Origin: Mobula hypostoma
Taxonomy: Eukaryota
Reading direction: 5' to 3'
DNA: 64,000 nucleotides
NCBI RefSeq assembly: GCF_963921235.1
Contig: NC_086097.1
Coordinates: 62,498,001 to 62,562,000, forward strand
The notes beneath the pieces were generated by a model. That model did no database searches. It was not told the DNA's origin and saw nothing but the letters and a program-made list of their open reading frames with translations. Both the position numbers and the translations under genes were made by a program. Of the stretch, positions 21,346 through 34,904 are shown in pieces; within the stretch, counting starts at the first letter, position 1, and each line of letters begins with the position of its first letter.

Positions 21346-24300
21346 TAGTGAGATGAACCAACTGTTGGTACGTCAAATAACGCTGATGTGTTGCTCTCAT
21401 GTTGTGGTTCCTCTAAATTGCACACCAGAGTGTTAGAAAATCTGCATGAAGGACACCTGGGTACAGTCAAGATGAAGACTCTCACCCGGAGCTACATGTG
21501 GCAACCGGGAATGGATAAACTGATTGAATACTTGGCCAAAAGCTGTTCAGGATGCCAAAAAGTTCAAAATGCATCCCACAGACATCATTACACCCAAGGA
21601 AGTGGCCATCATCACCATGGCAAAGAGTACCTATTGATTTTGCTGGGCCATTCATGGACTCCGTGTTTCTGATTGCTGTGAATACTCATTCAAAGTGGCT
21701 GGAAGTTGTACAATTGAAGTAAACCACATCAGCAAAGACTGTTTCCACTCTGAGGATCATCTTTTCCAGAAACGACTTAGCAGAACAAATTGTTAGTGAC
21801 AATGGATCACAATACACATCAGAAGAATTCCGACTGTTCATCAGATAAAGGGCATCAGACATTTCAAGTCAGCTCCTCATCACCCAGAAACAAATGTGTT
21901 AGCTGAAAGGTTCATCCAAGCCTTCAAGAAGTCAATTAAAGCGATGGACAAGGAAGACATTTCTCTGCAGCACAAGATGGACAACTTCCATTTTTTGTAT
22001 CAGAACTCCGTCATGTGACAACAAATCAAACACCTGCAATGCTGTTCATGAGCAGGAATCTGAGTTCTCACACAGACCTCCTGAGACCAGATCTACAGAG
22101 GGAAGTGCAGAATAAAGAGTTCAGCCAGTTTTCAAGTGAAGGAGCTTTGAAATTGGACAGGAAGTCCTAGTGTATGATTACTGAGAAGACAAGTGGACAC
22201 CCAGTAGGATAGTTACAAGAACTGGACCACTGTTGTACACAGTGGACGTTGGAGATGAGACATGGAGATATCATGTGGACCAGATACTGAATGGTTAACC
22301 AAAGAACACTTCTGAGTTGACTGCATCCAGCAAGCCTGGCCATTACAGTCACCGGACTTACCTCTCAGTGATGATCATGTCACTGACAGCAATGTGACAC
22401 CAGAAACCAAGAACATCGTCTCAGACAAGACTCTGGCCAATCTTGATGCTACTCTGCAGGTCCAGAGCCAAAAGACTGAACCTTTAGAACTATGAATTTA
22501 GTTATAGACTGTAATTGTGAAGGCATGTTTATTCAGAATATGGGTTTATGAAAGAGAAATTGAATGTTTTGTACATATACAGTTTTATGTTGCATTAATC
22601 TAAAGGGGGAAGAAGTGAACCCCCCCCCCCCAGCACTATATATTGATCTGTCGTCTGCACATGCACTGTTGTCTGCACATACACATTTTTCTCTCTCTCG
22701 CTGCAATGTGAATACACCAGTTAAAGCCATGTCCCGTGTGCACATCTTTATCGAATATATATGTTGCTGTGCACAGACGCAACAGTTACCTTGGTCGGCA
22801 TGGACCAGCGAAGTTGAAGGGTCTGCTTCAATGCTGTATGACCCTGTGACTCCTGACCTGTGCGTTGTAGGTGATGGAAAGGCCCTGGTTTGTCAGGGTT
22901 TGAATCAGTTATCACAGGATACCCAGCAAAAATAAAGGTTACTAATATTTCTGCTTGACTACCCTTGGTTTCAAATGCTGTAAATCTTCTGCATCCTTAA
23001 GGTGATCCGCCTTTGCTCACAAGTTACCAGGCTGTGATCACACTGAAGACAAACATTTTGCAAGAAGGGCTCTGCTTTGCAGAATTTTGGGACATGACAG
23101 AACAGTGCAGGAATTTCAAATTCTGCACTAGCTTCTGTCAGCAAACTATGATAGCGCAACAACAGAAAAAAGGAAGTGAAAATTTGAAATTAAAGCAGAA
23201 AATGCTGGAATGACTCAACAGGTCTGTCAGCATCAATGGAGAAAGAAACAAAGTTTTTACAGTAGATCAATGAAACTTCTTTGGAGTGGTAAAATGAGAA
23301 TACAAGCTAATGATACGTTTCAGAGAGGATGGGGAAGGGTGGATAGGATAAAGGAAATATAAATTAAAACTTCCATGATGAGTAGTCATTATGTAAACCA
23401 TAATCACGATTATCATCAAATACTAATGGTTTCCACCTATTGATTATTTACACCCCTGGAGCCTTCAAGGTCAGCAGTTTCAACATCCACTTATATAGCA
23501 CTTTTAACATACAGACACATCATAGGAGGGTTGTCTGAAGCCAAGCCATATGTTCACTTCAAGGAAGATGACAAAAATCTTAATTAAAATGTTTTTGTTC
23601 AGGTACACTATTTACAATTGGAATAAACAATGAAGATGGGAACAAGCTTAAAGAGATAATTCCTGTGCTTGGGTCTTTTATAGCTAACATGTTTTTCAGC
23701 AGAGATATCCAGGACCAAAAAATACAACCTTGGGGGAGAGGCTGTCTGAATTAATGTGGAGTGGGCTGTGGAAAATAGAACACTGTGGGTGACTGTAGAT
23801 TTTATGGGGTCAATAATGTGCAGATACGCCTGACTAGATATTGTCAGAGTAGCATTAGAGAGAGAACACTTGGCTAACCAAGTTAAACTTTATTCTTGGT
23901 TGGTCAGACAAGATCTGGAGGAATATACTACCTTAGTCACAATAACATGAGCTGTCATCAGTGACTTGATTCAAAGCAGCTTCAGAAGGAAAAGCACACA
24001 GTCAACAGATTTAAAAGGTCATCAGAGGTGAATTTCTGGGAAAAAATACCTGAAGAACAGAGCCAAAAATGTAAAGACTATTAGTGACAATTCATTTTTT
24101 GATATCTCATGCATCTCAAATGATTATGTCAGCAACTGTATTGTATTTACTTTAATAAGTGCGGAGATATTTGAATAATGGTTTATCTTTCAAAACAAAT
24201 CCCTTATCACATTTTCAAAAATTAATCTTATTGATTTCAATTCAGCCTGAAAGCAGTGGATGTAGTTGAGATGGTTCCAAAGGAAGAAGAGCATAATTCA

Positions 24301-24439
24301 TCCAGATTGTCAAAATTCAAGTAGTCTTCATACCACATCAGAATGCCAAGAAAACTTCCAAAAGTAACTTAACAAAACTCAGCATCATTGTATGGTACTT
24401 TAGTTCATTCCAGTATCTCATTGCTCTATAAGAGCGGGA

Positions 24440-24550
24440 GCATGCTACATGGGCAACAGCTTGCTCCCCATATCATACTGCCCAGGCTTGCACATCTATA
24501 GAGCTAGGATGCAATATCCATAGTCAACTCTGACCGAGGGAGGCCCTCAC
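24440..24550 (+). mobile_element. 3' fragment of the RTE-derived short element family
   Basis: Reverse complement of about 33535-33635 (gctacatgggcaacagcttgctccccatatcatactgccc...gaccga). Confidence 0.65.
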
Positions 24551-24709
24551 TCACCTCACCTATATCTGTGCTGTATAGACGACCAGACTATCAAAGTTGC
24601 CACAATCTCTCATGCTGGGTTCCACAGTAGTCATTCCTCAGGAAATATGCCTTTTCTGTCAGATCCTCTTCAATTATGTTAGAGTTTTAATTGAAATAAT
24701 TCACAGTAG

Positions 24710-25224
24710 CAGTTGAAATTATCGATTGTCCTGGGACCAACATGTAACTGCTATCACAAAGAAGGCACAACAGCACCTCTGCATTCTTAGAAGTTTGTAA
24801 ATTCAGCAAGTCATCTAAAGACTTGATACACTCTATAGATGCACAGTGCAGTATGTATTGACTGGTTGTATTACAATATGGTATGGAAACACCAAAGTCC
24901 AGCAATGGAAAAGTCTGCATATATAAAGCCCAGTGCAGCAGATTACTGAACCAGCATGGAACTTCATTCGCCTCAATGCAGATTAACTCCACAACATATA
25001 GACTCACTTTCACGACTCTACAGCTTAGTATTATTTATTTGTTTTTGTACTATTATTTGCACAATTTGTCTTCTTTTTCACATTGGTTGTTTGACAGAGT
25101 TTAATTATAGTTTTTCATAAATTTTCTTGTATTTCTTTATTTCCCTGTAAATGCCAGCAAGGAATAAATTTCAGAGTAATACAGGGTGAAATATTCATAC
25201 TTTGATAATAAATTTACTTTGAAC
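24710..25224 (+). mobile_element. Rex1/Babar-type LINE 3' fragment
   Basis: ITKKAQQHL..., YRCTVQYVLTGCIT and the tail tttgataataaatttactttgaac. Confidence 0.75.
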
Positions 25225-26136
25225 ATTCTTGCAACAGGCATCAAAAACACAATGCTGTCTCAGATTTTTGAGATTATCAAAGGTATTCTTCAAAGCAAAA
25301 ACAGAGCACACTGTATCCTGTTTTTCCAAAAATAGCCCGTGGTTGCGGTGAGTAATCAAGGATACAACTGTGAAATTAGTCAAAAAATAAGTGTGGAAGG
25401 ATTGTGGCAACTTTAATATGTATTAATATATTCTAAACAACTGCAAGTTACTGTTCTCAAACTCAAGTTTACACTCAGAATATATAAATAATCATTCTTC
25501 ATGTAAATTAGTTCTACAAGGCATGTGCCATTATCATACACAAAGGAAGATTTTCAACAAAAATCTTGTTAAATTGACTGTCAATGCTGTAATTTTCCCC
25601 AATGTTATTTAGTGATAAAGACTTTTAAATATATTTTGTTTTCTTCTACATACTGCTCAGAATTTCACATGTATGTTAAACACTTGCATAATAAAGCAAG
25701 AACATGTTTTTTAATAAATTTGGCAAAAATCTATATTTAGAGATTGTGGTATTGAAATATCTTCACTTTCTCCATGTGTTTTTCTTTCAGCTAGAGAGGT
25801 TTGTTGGTAGATAATGTTTTTAAGCTGTTGAGGCATGTCGATAAAGACAATCCGAAGTAAATATTCTGCATCCCTGAGTTTATAAACAATGCCAAAGAAA
25901 GCACATATAAAGAAGTTATGCTAAATGTTATGTAAATGAAGACTTGTATTAAAATGTGCTTTGCATGGTCTTAAAACTTTCTTCATTGTGCGTGGCAGAC
26001 AATGAAATTTTTGGACGTGTAGTCAGGTTTGCAGTGTTGAGAAATCAGCACACAGCCAGGTGCACAGATGGCAGTGGCGATCTGCCATTGATCATGGGAA
26101 ACAAAAATTTAACAGATCAGACAGCATCTATAGAAA

Positions 26137-26595
26137 GAATCAGAATCAGGTTTAATATTGCCAGCATAAATTGTGATAGCGTACAATACAATACATAATA
26201 ATAGAGATAACTGAACTATAGCAAATATTTATATATATAAAATAGTTAAACGAAATAAGCAGTGCAAACATTAATGAGGGGGTGTTCATGGGTTCAATTC
26301 AGAAATCAGATGGCAGAGGGGAAGAAGCTGTTTCTGTGTGCCTTCAGGCTTCTGTGCCTCCTTCCTGAGAACAAGGTATGACCTGGGTGATGGAGTCCTT
26401 AATAGTGGATGCCGTCTTTTTGAGACAGCACTCCTTGATGATGTCCGGGATACTAAGGAGGCTAGTACCCATGATAGAGCTGACTAAGTTTACAATTCTC
26501 TGCAGATTATTTCAATCCTGTGCGGTGCACTCCCACCCTCCTATACCAGACAGTGATGCAGCCAGTTAGAATGCTCTCCACAGAATATCTGGAGA
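26137..26595 (-). mobile_element. Rex1/Babar-type LINE 3' fragment
   Basis: Reversed tail aatcagaatcaggtttaat; reversed CLKKTASTIKD and ILTGCITVWY motifs. Confidence 0.75.
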
Positions 26596-26769
26596 AACAG
26601 ACTTAAATGTTTCAGGTCAATGATTTTAGATCAGAACCACTTCACATCTTCACATCTCCATCAGCTGTGCTTTTATTTAGCTTTTTTGATTTTCAAATTT
26701 ATCAGCTGAGTAGTAAAACCTGCCTGAAACAAGGGAAGGCTCCTCAGATCATCTGAAGAATAATCATTC

Positions 26770-27063
26770 CTACATACGAGCTTCCAGCTTTTGACATCAT
26801 TCCCACACTCTCCCCCTCCCACACCTACCTTTCACCCCTGCCCCCGCCGATCTGGTTCTACTTATCACTTGCCAGAACATGCTCCATTCCTTCCCTCCAC
26901 CTTTTTATATTATCTCCCCTCTTTCCTTGCAGTTCAGACAAAGGGCCTCGACCTGAAATATTGACTGTTCATTTCCTTCCACAGATGCTGCCTAAACCAT
27001 TGAGCTCATCTTGCACTTTGTATGTTGCTCCAGGTTCCAGCATCTGCAGTCTGTGCTGTCTCC
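26770..27063 (+). mobile_element. Penelope 3' end/pLTR remnant with a degenerate hammerhead
   Basis: Pyrimidine-rich stretch, then cagttcagacaaagggcctcgacctgaaatattgactg...acagatgctgcc, homologous to 6226-6360. Confidence 0.65.
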
Positions 27064-30000
27064 ATCTACAAAATATTGCTGTGGGAACTACTCTGTTAAA
27101 AATAGACAATTTGTGGAAGACAACACACAATGTGTGTGACAACATATTTTCTATGAAGAATAAAGATTAATATCTCCTCGGCATCCAAATGCATAGTGTA
27201 CTTTATCACCAGGGTACCCTTTGGATTTAGCCCTGAAGTATTAATGATGCTCTGAAAATATTGTTATTGTTCTTGCTAGAGTGGACAACTGAAGTATCTC
27301 AGGCACGCAGAGTATAGCAGACAGAGCAGATCTCCCTCAGCACTGCTCTGAATTAACAGTCTTAACGATGTGCTCTCTATAATGGAATATAAGCCCACAG
27401 TCTTCTAATGGAGTGCAATCAAATGAGCCAAACCATCAATGTTTAAATCTCCAGTCAATGCATTTTAGAAGGATGTCAAGGCCTCGGAAAGATATAAAGG
27501 AAATTTATTAGAATATTGCCAGTTATATGGAATCTTGCTTATGTGGAGAGACCGGAGATCGTTTTCAATGCAGCTCTTTAATGTTCTTCATCAATTTTCA
27601 CACAATCAGCCTAATGACCTCCTGTGCTGCGAAAGTCTATTATTCTACAATCTGTTGAGATATTATTATATTATTTGATTAAAATACCAGTTTAAACATC
27701 TGTTGGAAGTATTTCAGTCCATTCTTTAAGGCATTTTTAAGACACTCTATGTTTCCTACCTAACTATCCTGCCTCGTGAAATTGTTTTCAATGGCTAATT
27801 TAAACTAGCATCAACCTGCTGTCTAGAAATAGTTCATGAATATAACTGCATCCATGGGATTTCAAGATATTTACTCTAATGCTTGAATATACCAAACAAT
27901 CTGGGAGTCTGTATGTAAGGATAAGAAATACATAGACTACACGTGGCTTTCCATCCATTGCAACCATTCAGGTATTCCTCTAGTATAAAAAAGGTGGAAA
28001 ATCTACCCATCACTGCATTCAGACTGTATCAGATGTTTTTTATATATATCCAGTCACCAGTGTGAAATTGCTCTGTATATCTGCAATGTAAGCCTCACCA
28101 GGAAATATCAACATGGAGAGAATGTTTTAGTTTTCTGTTAATCCTGTAAGGAGTCATCAATGTGTGAAATATGTTGGCACAAGAATATAAGAATATGTAG
28201 GAGCAGACAAATCCTATTTGGGTTTTAGCTTTGCACTTATTTTAATTGATCTCAATCTCACCCACCCACCAGCTCATCATAACAATAAAGCCATTTTTTT
28301 TCTTGAAATCCATTAAGTTACTTCTTCAACTTATTTATATCGTTCATTATTCATGTTTATGTTAAAGCTAAAAAATTACATTTCAGACTGATTTCCTTGA
28401 TTCCTACTAGATTTCAAAGCTTAAACTAAACATGTACGTACTTGGTTTTCTGAACTTATTATCACAGTTAATAACTGGCTTTCTATCTAGTAACAAATAT
28501 GTGGGATGCGGTGTGGGAGCCCAGTGGATGAACCTGCTGAGTATTTCCAGCATCCTCTGTATTTATTCCAGATTGTCAACATCTACAGTTCTCTGTCCAT
28601 TTCCATTGCTTCCATCATAGGAATTGGCTTTTAACTTCACTGGCTCAAAACTCCTTGTTCCTAATTTGATTAGTTGATACTGTCAAGAGCATCCCAACAT
28701 GCCATTCTACACTATGCAGGGAGCATCAGTATTACATGTACGAGAAATTCAGTTGCAGATCCACTGAATTTCTTGTGATCTGTGTAAATAGCCTACCAGC
28801 TATAGAAACATCCAGCTGGAAGACAATGGGATAGAGTTTGTCCTACCCCCTGAACTATGTATGCGATGTTGCAGTTGCCTTCCATTTCCTGAATTTACGC
28901 CACTGAAATCAAGGAAATTAAATTTTGTAAGTGTGCTCCATTCAATTTGTGAATGGAATGGAAGATAAATTTCTAATCTAGTAAATAACTCACAGGGTGT
29001 GTTTTGCATGATAAATCAAAAGTGGATGGTAGAGGAAGGAGGTATGTTAAGTAATGTAAGCAGGGGAACACATTTGTCATCGTTTAGCAGTCCTGGGCAG
29101 AGTTTTACAAAATACTTGATTAGTGCTTTGTTCAGCAGTGTTAATGTCCACCTTCTTTACTGCTGACATACCATGACGTTAGTTTGAAACTTCACAACAT
29201 GGACTGCAGTAACTTGTGAAAACTTCAACTGCAGCTGATAAACCCAATACTTCTCCTGTCTGTATACTCTGGTTCAATAAGTGTGTGGGAACACGCCTGT
29301 GGGTTACATTCCAAACTGAGCTTCATTATGATTTGAAGTACATCACTGACCCTTCATTTTCACCAAATCAAACTCCTGGATTTCATAACTTAACAGCAAA
29401 ATACCTTCACCTCAAACACTGTAGCAGTTCAAGAAGAAAGTTTAAATTAGTGCCCTGAAATGTATATGCACCATTTTTCCAGGGGGGAAATGTTGCTAAC
29501 AATCTCTCTAACCTTGTTACATACAGATCTAACAAAAGTTGTTCATACTATTCTCAAAACATGGCCCAGGAGTCTGCCTTGTGCAATAATGCACTGCTTC
29601 AGAAACATGAGTGTCATCACAAAGAAGGCACACCAATGCCTCACTTCCTTAAATGCTTGCACAGATTTAATATATCACTCAAATCTTTGACAACTTCTGT
29701 AGATTAACAGTGGAGGGTCAATGATTGTATCATGCATAAAGAGTAACTGATCGCACCGCAGCATGGTATGAAAGCACCAATTCCCAGGAACAGAAAAGGA
29801 TACAGAAAATGGTGGATCCAACCTAATCCACCACAGGCGAATCCTTCTGCAATATTGAGTACATTTACATGGAGTGCTGCCACAAGAAAGCAGCAACCAT
29901 TATCAAATACCACCACCCAACCCATGTCCTCTGTTTGCTACTACAATCAGGTAAGAAGTACACAGGCCTCAGGTCTCACATCAACAGGTTCAGGAACAGT

Positions 30001-30158
30001 GATCACCCTACAACCATCAGGCTCCTGAACCAGCATGGAAAACTTCAACATTACTCTGAACAGATCAACAGCCTACAGACTCTCATTCAAGGACCTTTTA
30101 CTAATCATGTTCTCAGGACTAATTTTATGTGCACAGTTTGTCTTCTTTTGAACATTGG

Positions 30159-33100
30159 TGATATGTTTTCTAACTTCAGAAACTAATCGAAAGAAAAACA
30201 CGGGAGCCAAGGTTAACTTGTGCACGTTTAGTTTTACTTTAGTGAGGCTCGCATATATGATGTGGTGGCGTAATGACATAAACCATTCACAAACTTTTAC
30301 ATATAATCTGCAATGAATTATGTAAATAACTAAGATTACTTTATCAAAGTATATATTTACAATGTTACTCAAATATTAATACAATATGAAATAGTCAACA
30401 CTCCTTCCTGCTTAGCTAAAAACTGCAACTCAATACAGAATGCATCTCAACTTATATACATATATACTACAGCACAGTAAGTTTTAAATTGTTCCATTTA
30501 GACCCAAAGGTTTAATCGCTGTGGAGGATTTCTTAATCTTGTGGAATAACATTTTTCCTGACAAGTTGGAGGGTTCCTCTTCTTGGCAGGTGTAGGCTTT
30601 GAAACGACGTTAGGTTCTGGGGCCTCTTCTATGGTGGTTGTAGGAGTAGACTCGGGGACTGCAGATGTTGTTCTGGCAGCTCTGGACACTTTTTTCTTCT
30701 AATGATTGACTCCGTTCTCCTCAACTCATTGATGTGTTGTCTCTAGGTGATATCAGACACAATCCGCACTGTGTAGGAGTGTGGTCCAGTTCTGTCCTTA
30801 ATCTTTCCAAGTACCCACTTTTGATCACCTCTGTCACCCATCATCAGGACTGCTTGCACATGAGTAAAATATAAAACCTTTTTGTTTGAATAGTCCACAG
30901 TTTGTCTCAGCTGTTTGTCCTGCACACACCTTCTGAGACTGGGTTTGAGGAGATCCAAGCATGAGGGCAAGGGATGACCCAGTAACTGCATAGCGGGTGA
31001 GTTGTTAGTCTTAGTGAGTGCTGCATTGTGATATGCGAGGAGGAAATTGCTGAGATTCTGATTCAGTGTAATGTGTTCTGCTGACACTTCTGCTCGCAGT
31101 GTGTTACTTAGGCTCTGGAAAAATCTTTCCATCAAGCCATTTACCGCTGCATGGTACAGTGCAGATATAATATGTCTTACTCCATTCACTTTCAGGAATG
31201 ACTGAAAATGTTCTGCCACAAACTGTGGCCCATTGTCACTGACTAATTATTCTAGAATACCAGTCCTTGAGAAGAGACTTCTCAACACTTTAATAGTATG
31301 TGAGGTTGTCCTGGAGGCTATGTGAACAATTCTGACCACTTTGTACAGCTGTATCCACTACCACAAAGACACTTGTCCTCTCAAATGGTCTGGCAAAATC
31401 CACAGAAATCCATGCCAGGGCAATGCAGGCCATTCCCAGGAGTGGGGTGGTGCTGCTCCTGGCATCTTTTGGCATGTTAGAATTCCAAACAGTTCATGGC
31501 AAAGTGCTGGATCTGATGGTCTATCCTAGGCTACTGGACAAAGCTTTGAGTCAACGCTCTCATTCTGAGCATGCCTTGATGAATGATAAGTAGCTCCTCC
31601 AACGCAATAGTTCTCAGCTTGGGTGATACAACAACTCTCAAACCCCTCATAATGCAGCCCCCATTAAGGGCAAGTTCTTCCAGACACTGGTAAAAATGGA
31701 GGAAGTGGAGTTTCTAGTGCACATTCCAGCCATTTTGGATTGTTATGTAGAGCTGAGAGAGTGTAGGGTCTTTTATGGTTTCCCTTTGGATCATCTCTGC
31801 CTTAATATGGAGAAATTCAATTTGCATTTGGGAGAATATGCCAAGAGGAGTGTCCTCTTTTGTAAATCTGTCAGGTATTTCCTTTTCCAAGGGTAAACAG
31901 GCCAATCCATGAGCATTTCCATAATTAGTTGTCCTCTTGGAATTCAATTTTGTAATTGTGTCCCCTAAGAAACAGAGCCCATCTCTGCATTTATGCTGCT
32001 GCTGTTAATGAAACACCCTTCTGTGGATTGAAAACGGACACGAGTGGTTGATGATCAGTCATGAGTGTAAACACAAGTACTGGTTAAAACATTTTACGCC
32101 ACAAACCAGACTCAAGGTCGCTCTGCCAATCTGTGTGCAATTTTTCTCTTCAGTGGTCAGGGAAAGTGATGCAAAACCTATGACACATTCATTTCAATCG
32201 TTCATAATACTGTATGTGACATGACTACACCTATATCATAAGGCAAAGCATCACAGGCAAACTTCACTGGACAGTGTGGATTACTTTGTGTGCGCAGTGT
32301 CTGATACCACAATTTCCTTTGCTTTTTGGAGCTGATTCACACTTCTTTGTCCATCGCCATTTCTTCCCGATTTGTAGTAATGAGTTCAAGGGGTGGAGCA
32401 CAGTAGCCAGGTTTGGCAGGAACCTGTTACAGGAATTGACAAATCTTAAAAGGACCACAACTGTCACATGTCCTTTGGCCTTGGGGCCTCTTCCACTGCT
32501 TGAATTTTTGAACACATTAATATAAACCTTGTGCGTCAATGGTATGACAACAGTAAGTGATGCTTGGATGAAAGAATTCACAATTATTGCATTGTGCTCT
32601 CATCCATAACCTTCTAATAATTTTAACACTGCCTTGAGGTTTTGGCGAAGTTCCTTGTCATCCTTACCGGTAACAGTGATGTCATCCAGGTCACACTAAA
32701 TGCCTGGGAATCCATGCAACACGTGGCCTATAGCTTTCTGCCAGTGTGAAAGAGCAGATGTACTCCAAAAATAAGCCAATTATACTGATAACTCCCTTTG
32801 TGAGTGTTTATGGTGTTAAACACTTTGGGCTCTTCTTCCATTTCCATCTGAAGGGAAGCTTCAGCTGAATCCATCTGTGCAGTCCAGGTACTTCTGTCTG
32901 TTTGACATTATGTGTCCTACTTTAGTGCATTTCCTGCAAGTTTTACATTTAACCAGCTTTGGTCAGGTGTATGTGAGCCCCTGTTGCAATGGTAGTACAA
33001 TCTGTTCGGCCAGGCAGGTTTCAGTGTTGACGTTGCAATTTTGTTCACAATCATTTTCATTATTGATTGCAAATCAATTTTGTCTCTGGCTGCTGTTTCC

Positions 33101-34659
33101 ACTGATATAGCAATTTCAACTGTTCTTTAAAATGTGAGCTGTGCTTCATTTAGGAGCTGTTTTTGGATGCTTTCTTGTAAGATTTCACAAACTAAACAGT
33201 TTGCATCATTAAACCCATCACTGAACTGACAATGATTGGACAATCTCTTCAATTCAGCCACATAAGCTGAAATGGACTCCCTTCCTTTTCAATCTGCTAG
33301 TGAAACTTAAAGCATTCTGCAAATGACAATGCTTTCTGTTCAAAATGTTCCTGCATTTCTTTCATGATATCAGCAAAACTTATTTTGGCAGGTTTGGTTG
33401 GAGCAGCCAAACTATTAAGCTAACTGAATGTTTTTCTACCTATTTCATTCAACAAAATTGGTACTCACTTTTCATTAGCTGTTTAATTTGCTTTAAAATA
33501 CTGCTCAATTTGTCCAGTGTACCTGTCTCTGAGTCTGAGGCCATCATCGGTCAAAGTGGACCATGGCTATTGCGTCCCAGCTGAATAGATGGGCAGTATG
33601 ATATGGAGAGCAAACTGCTGCCCAAGTAGCAAGCTCAAGCTCCCCCTCGATATGCTTCTGATGAACCCAAAGGAATGGCAGAGACCGAGATAGTTTGGTA
33701 CCAACAGTGTCTCAGAAGTTGCCAGTCAGCATTGAACTCAATGTAGGACTGCCTTAGGGACTCCTGCTTCGGATTTTTCCCTCATGGTTTACTCCTGAAG
33801 CCTTCTCCATGAGAAGGTATAGCCACGAGGCAGCAAAGGTTTGAGATCAGAGTATTCCTTCTCTTAGATGAGCTGCCAACCTCAGCTGATGATGGTTGCC
33901 TGAAGCAACTGGTTTTAAGGCACCAGTAACCCGCTTTTGCCCTTTTCCCTGTCAGTAGAAATGGTCCTGCCAGGATTAGTAGCTAAGCCACACGTAAAGG
34001 CCAGAAGCTGGACTTAGTTGTCAGAGGCTATTTGAGGCGCATGCCATTCAAAGCATTTAATAACTTGTCCCCATTACCACCCTTGGCTATAACAACTTAA
34101 AGGAACTATTCAGTGTACAACACCCAATTATTTGTTGTACAATCAAACTTGTCTATCTTTCTGATATAGCCAACTATATCTGCTTTTCTTTTATTTATTA
34201 TTATCACCCAGCACTCACGGTTTATGAATCCGAGAATCTCATCTGTTTTCTGCCTTTTTGTTAACTTGAACATCTCTTTCTCCCCTCCCAAAGAGAAAAA
34301 AAATTCTCCATTGCTTTTTAACTCGTACAACTTCCTCTCCCCTTTGAAGAAGAGCGTGCTGTGCTTCAACAGGTAGGTAGTCGTCTTCAGTTAATTTAAA
34401 AATTTACTTGTCACCACTGTTATATTTTGTAACTTCAAAAATTAGCCGAAAGAAATACATGGAGCTGGTGCTAAAGTATCCAGTTTCATTTTTATTTTTA
34501 GTGAGGTGCACACAAATGACGTGATGGTGTATTAACATATGCCATTCATATACTTTTACATATAACCCATAATGAATTATGCAAACAACAAAGAATGCTT
34601 AACCAATCAATATATTTACAATATTTCTCAAATATTACTTAAATATTAAATACACAGCA
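30159..34659 (-). mobile_element. Internally deleted Gypsy/Ty3 LTR retrotransposon (Mag/K02A2.6-like)
   Basis: Direct LTRs 30159-30400 and 34418-34659; PBS TGGTGACAAG at 34407-34416; PPT aagcaggaaggag at 30401-30413; TSD attgg/gttgg; gag (GYIRKIDKFD..W), RT/RH (RFLPNLATVLHPLN) and integrase (ORF 30743-31219). Confidence 0.92.
33523..34106 (-). mobile_element. RTE-derived non-autonomous short element inserted in Gypsy gag
   Basis: TSD cagtgtac (33515-33522 and 34111-34118); minus strand carries an RTE 5' UTR-like motif (ctaagagaaggaatactctgatctcaaacc) and ends in a tcagactcaga tail; second fragment at 24440. Confidence 0.65.
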
Positions 34660-34904
34660 GTTGGTATTTATCAGTCTTTGTCTGTTTATGTGTAATTGTA
34701 TATAAAAATTCTACTATATTTCTTTTATTTCCTGTAAATCCCTTCAAGGAAATATGGTAACATGCATGTGCTTTGATAATAAATTTACTTTGAACTTTGA
34801 TCAAACTTCGTGGTGATAGTTTTCATGTTAAGAGCATACTTCCTCACATCACTGACTTCAGCAGGTAATCCTTTCAGAGAGTGCAGGCAAAGGAATGAAT
34901 GAAG

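Larger units (their letters stand above)
18100..22290 (+). pseudogene. pol: Gypsy pol (protease, RT, RNase H, integrase), fragmented and interrupted by hAT and CR1 insertions
   Basis: LDTVSDFSVISE protease; WAMPIVPVIK..LCGDFK RT; YLGNIIV (decayed YLDD); PIAFASR..QIDREAL RNase H; LHEGHLG..CSGCQ zinc finger; IDFAGPF and VSDNGSQY integrase. Confidence 0.9.
16871..22784 (+). mobile_element. Full-length decayed Gypsy/Ty3 LTR retrotransposon (Mag/K02A2.6-like)
   Basis: 5' LTR 16871-17081, PBS TGGTGA at 17085, gag-PR-RT-RH-IN order, PPT aaagggggaagaa 22602-22614, 3' LTR about 22616-22784; LTRs visibly diverged. Confidence 0.92.
29545..34800 (+). mobile_element. Rex1/Babar-type LINE 3' fragment (29545-30158 and 34660-34800) split by a Gypsy element
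   Basis: ORF 29869 (CHKKAATII..LRSHINRFRNS); the 3' UTR resumes at 34660 and ends tttgataataaatttactttgaactttga. Confidence 0.8.

Noticed and set aside
16866..22789. TSD for the first Gypsy element (ggtat vs gttac)
   Set aside because: Two of five positions differ; too weak to claim.
25790..25860. Possible coding exon after tttttctttcag
   Set aside because: Stop codons occur in all three frames within about 25 nt.
26930..26980. Additional functional hammerheads (also about 36100-36135 and 47220-47260)
   Set aside because: Homologous to the Penelope motif, but the catalytic core positions are mutated; recorded only as remnants.
33940..34030. HDV/CPEB3-like ribozyme in the RTE-derived element (minus strand gcc-tttacgtgt-ggc ... 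ctga-caggg)
   Set aside because: An L3-like loop and a CUGA junction are suggestive, but I could not build a convincing P1/P1.1 with a G at the cleavage site in this copy; it needs the family consensus.
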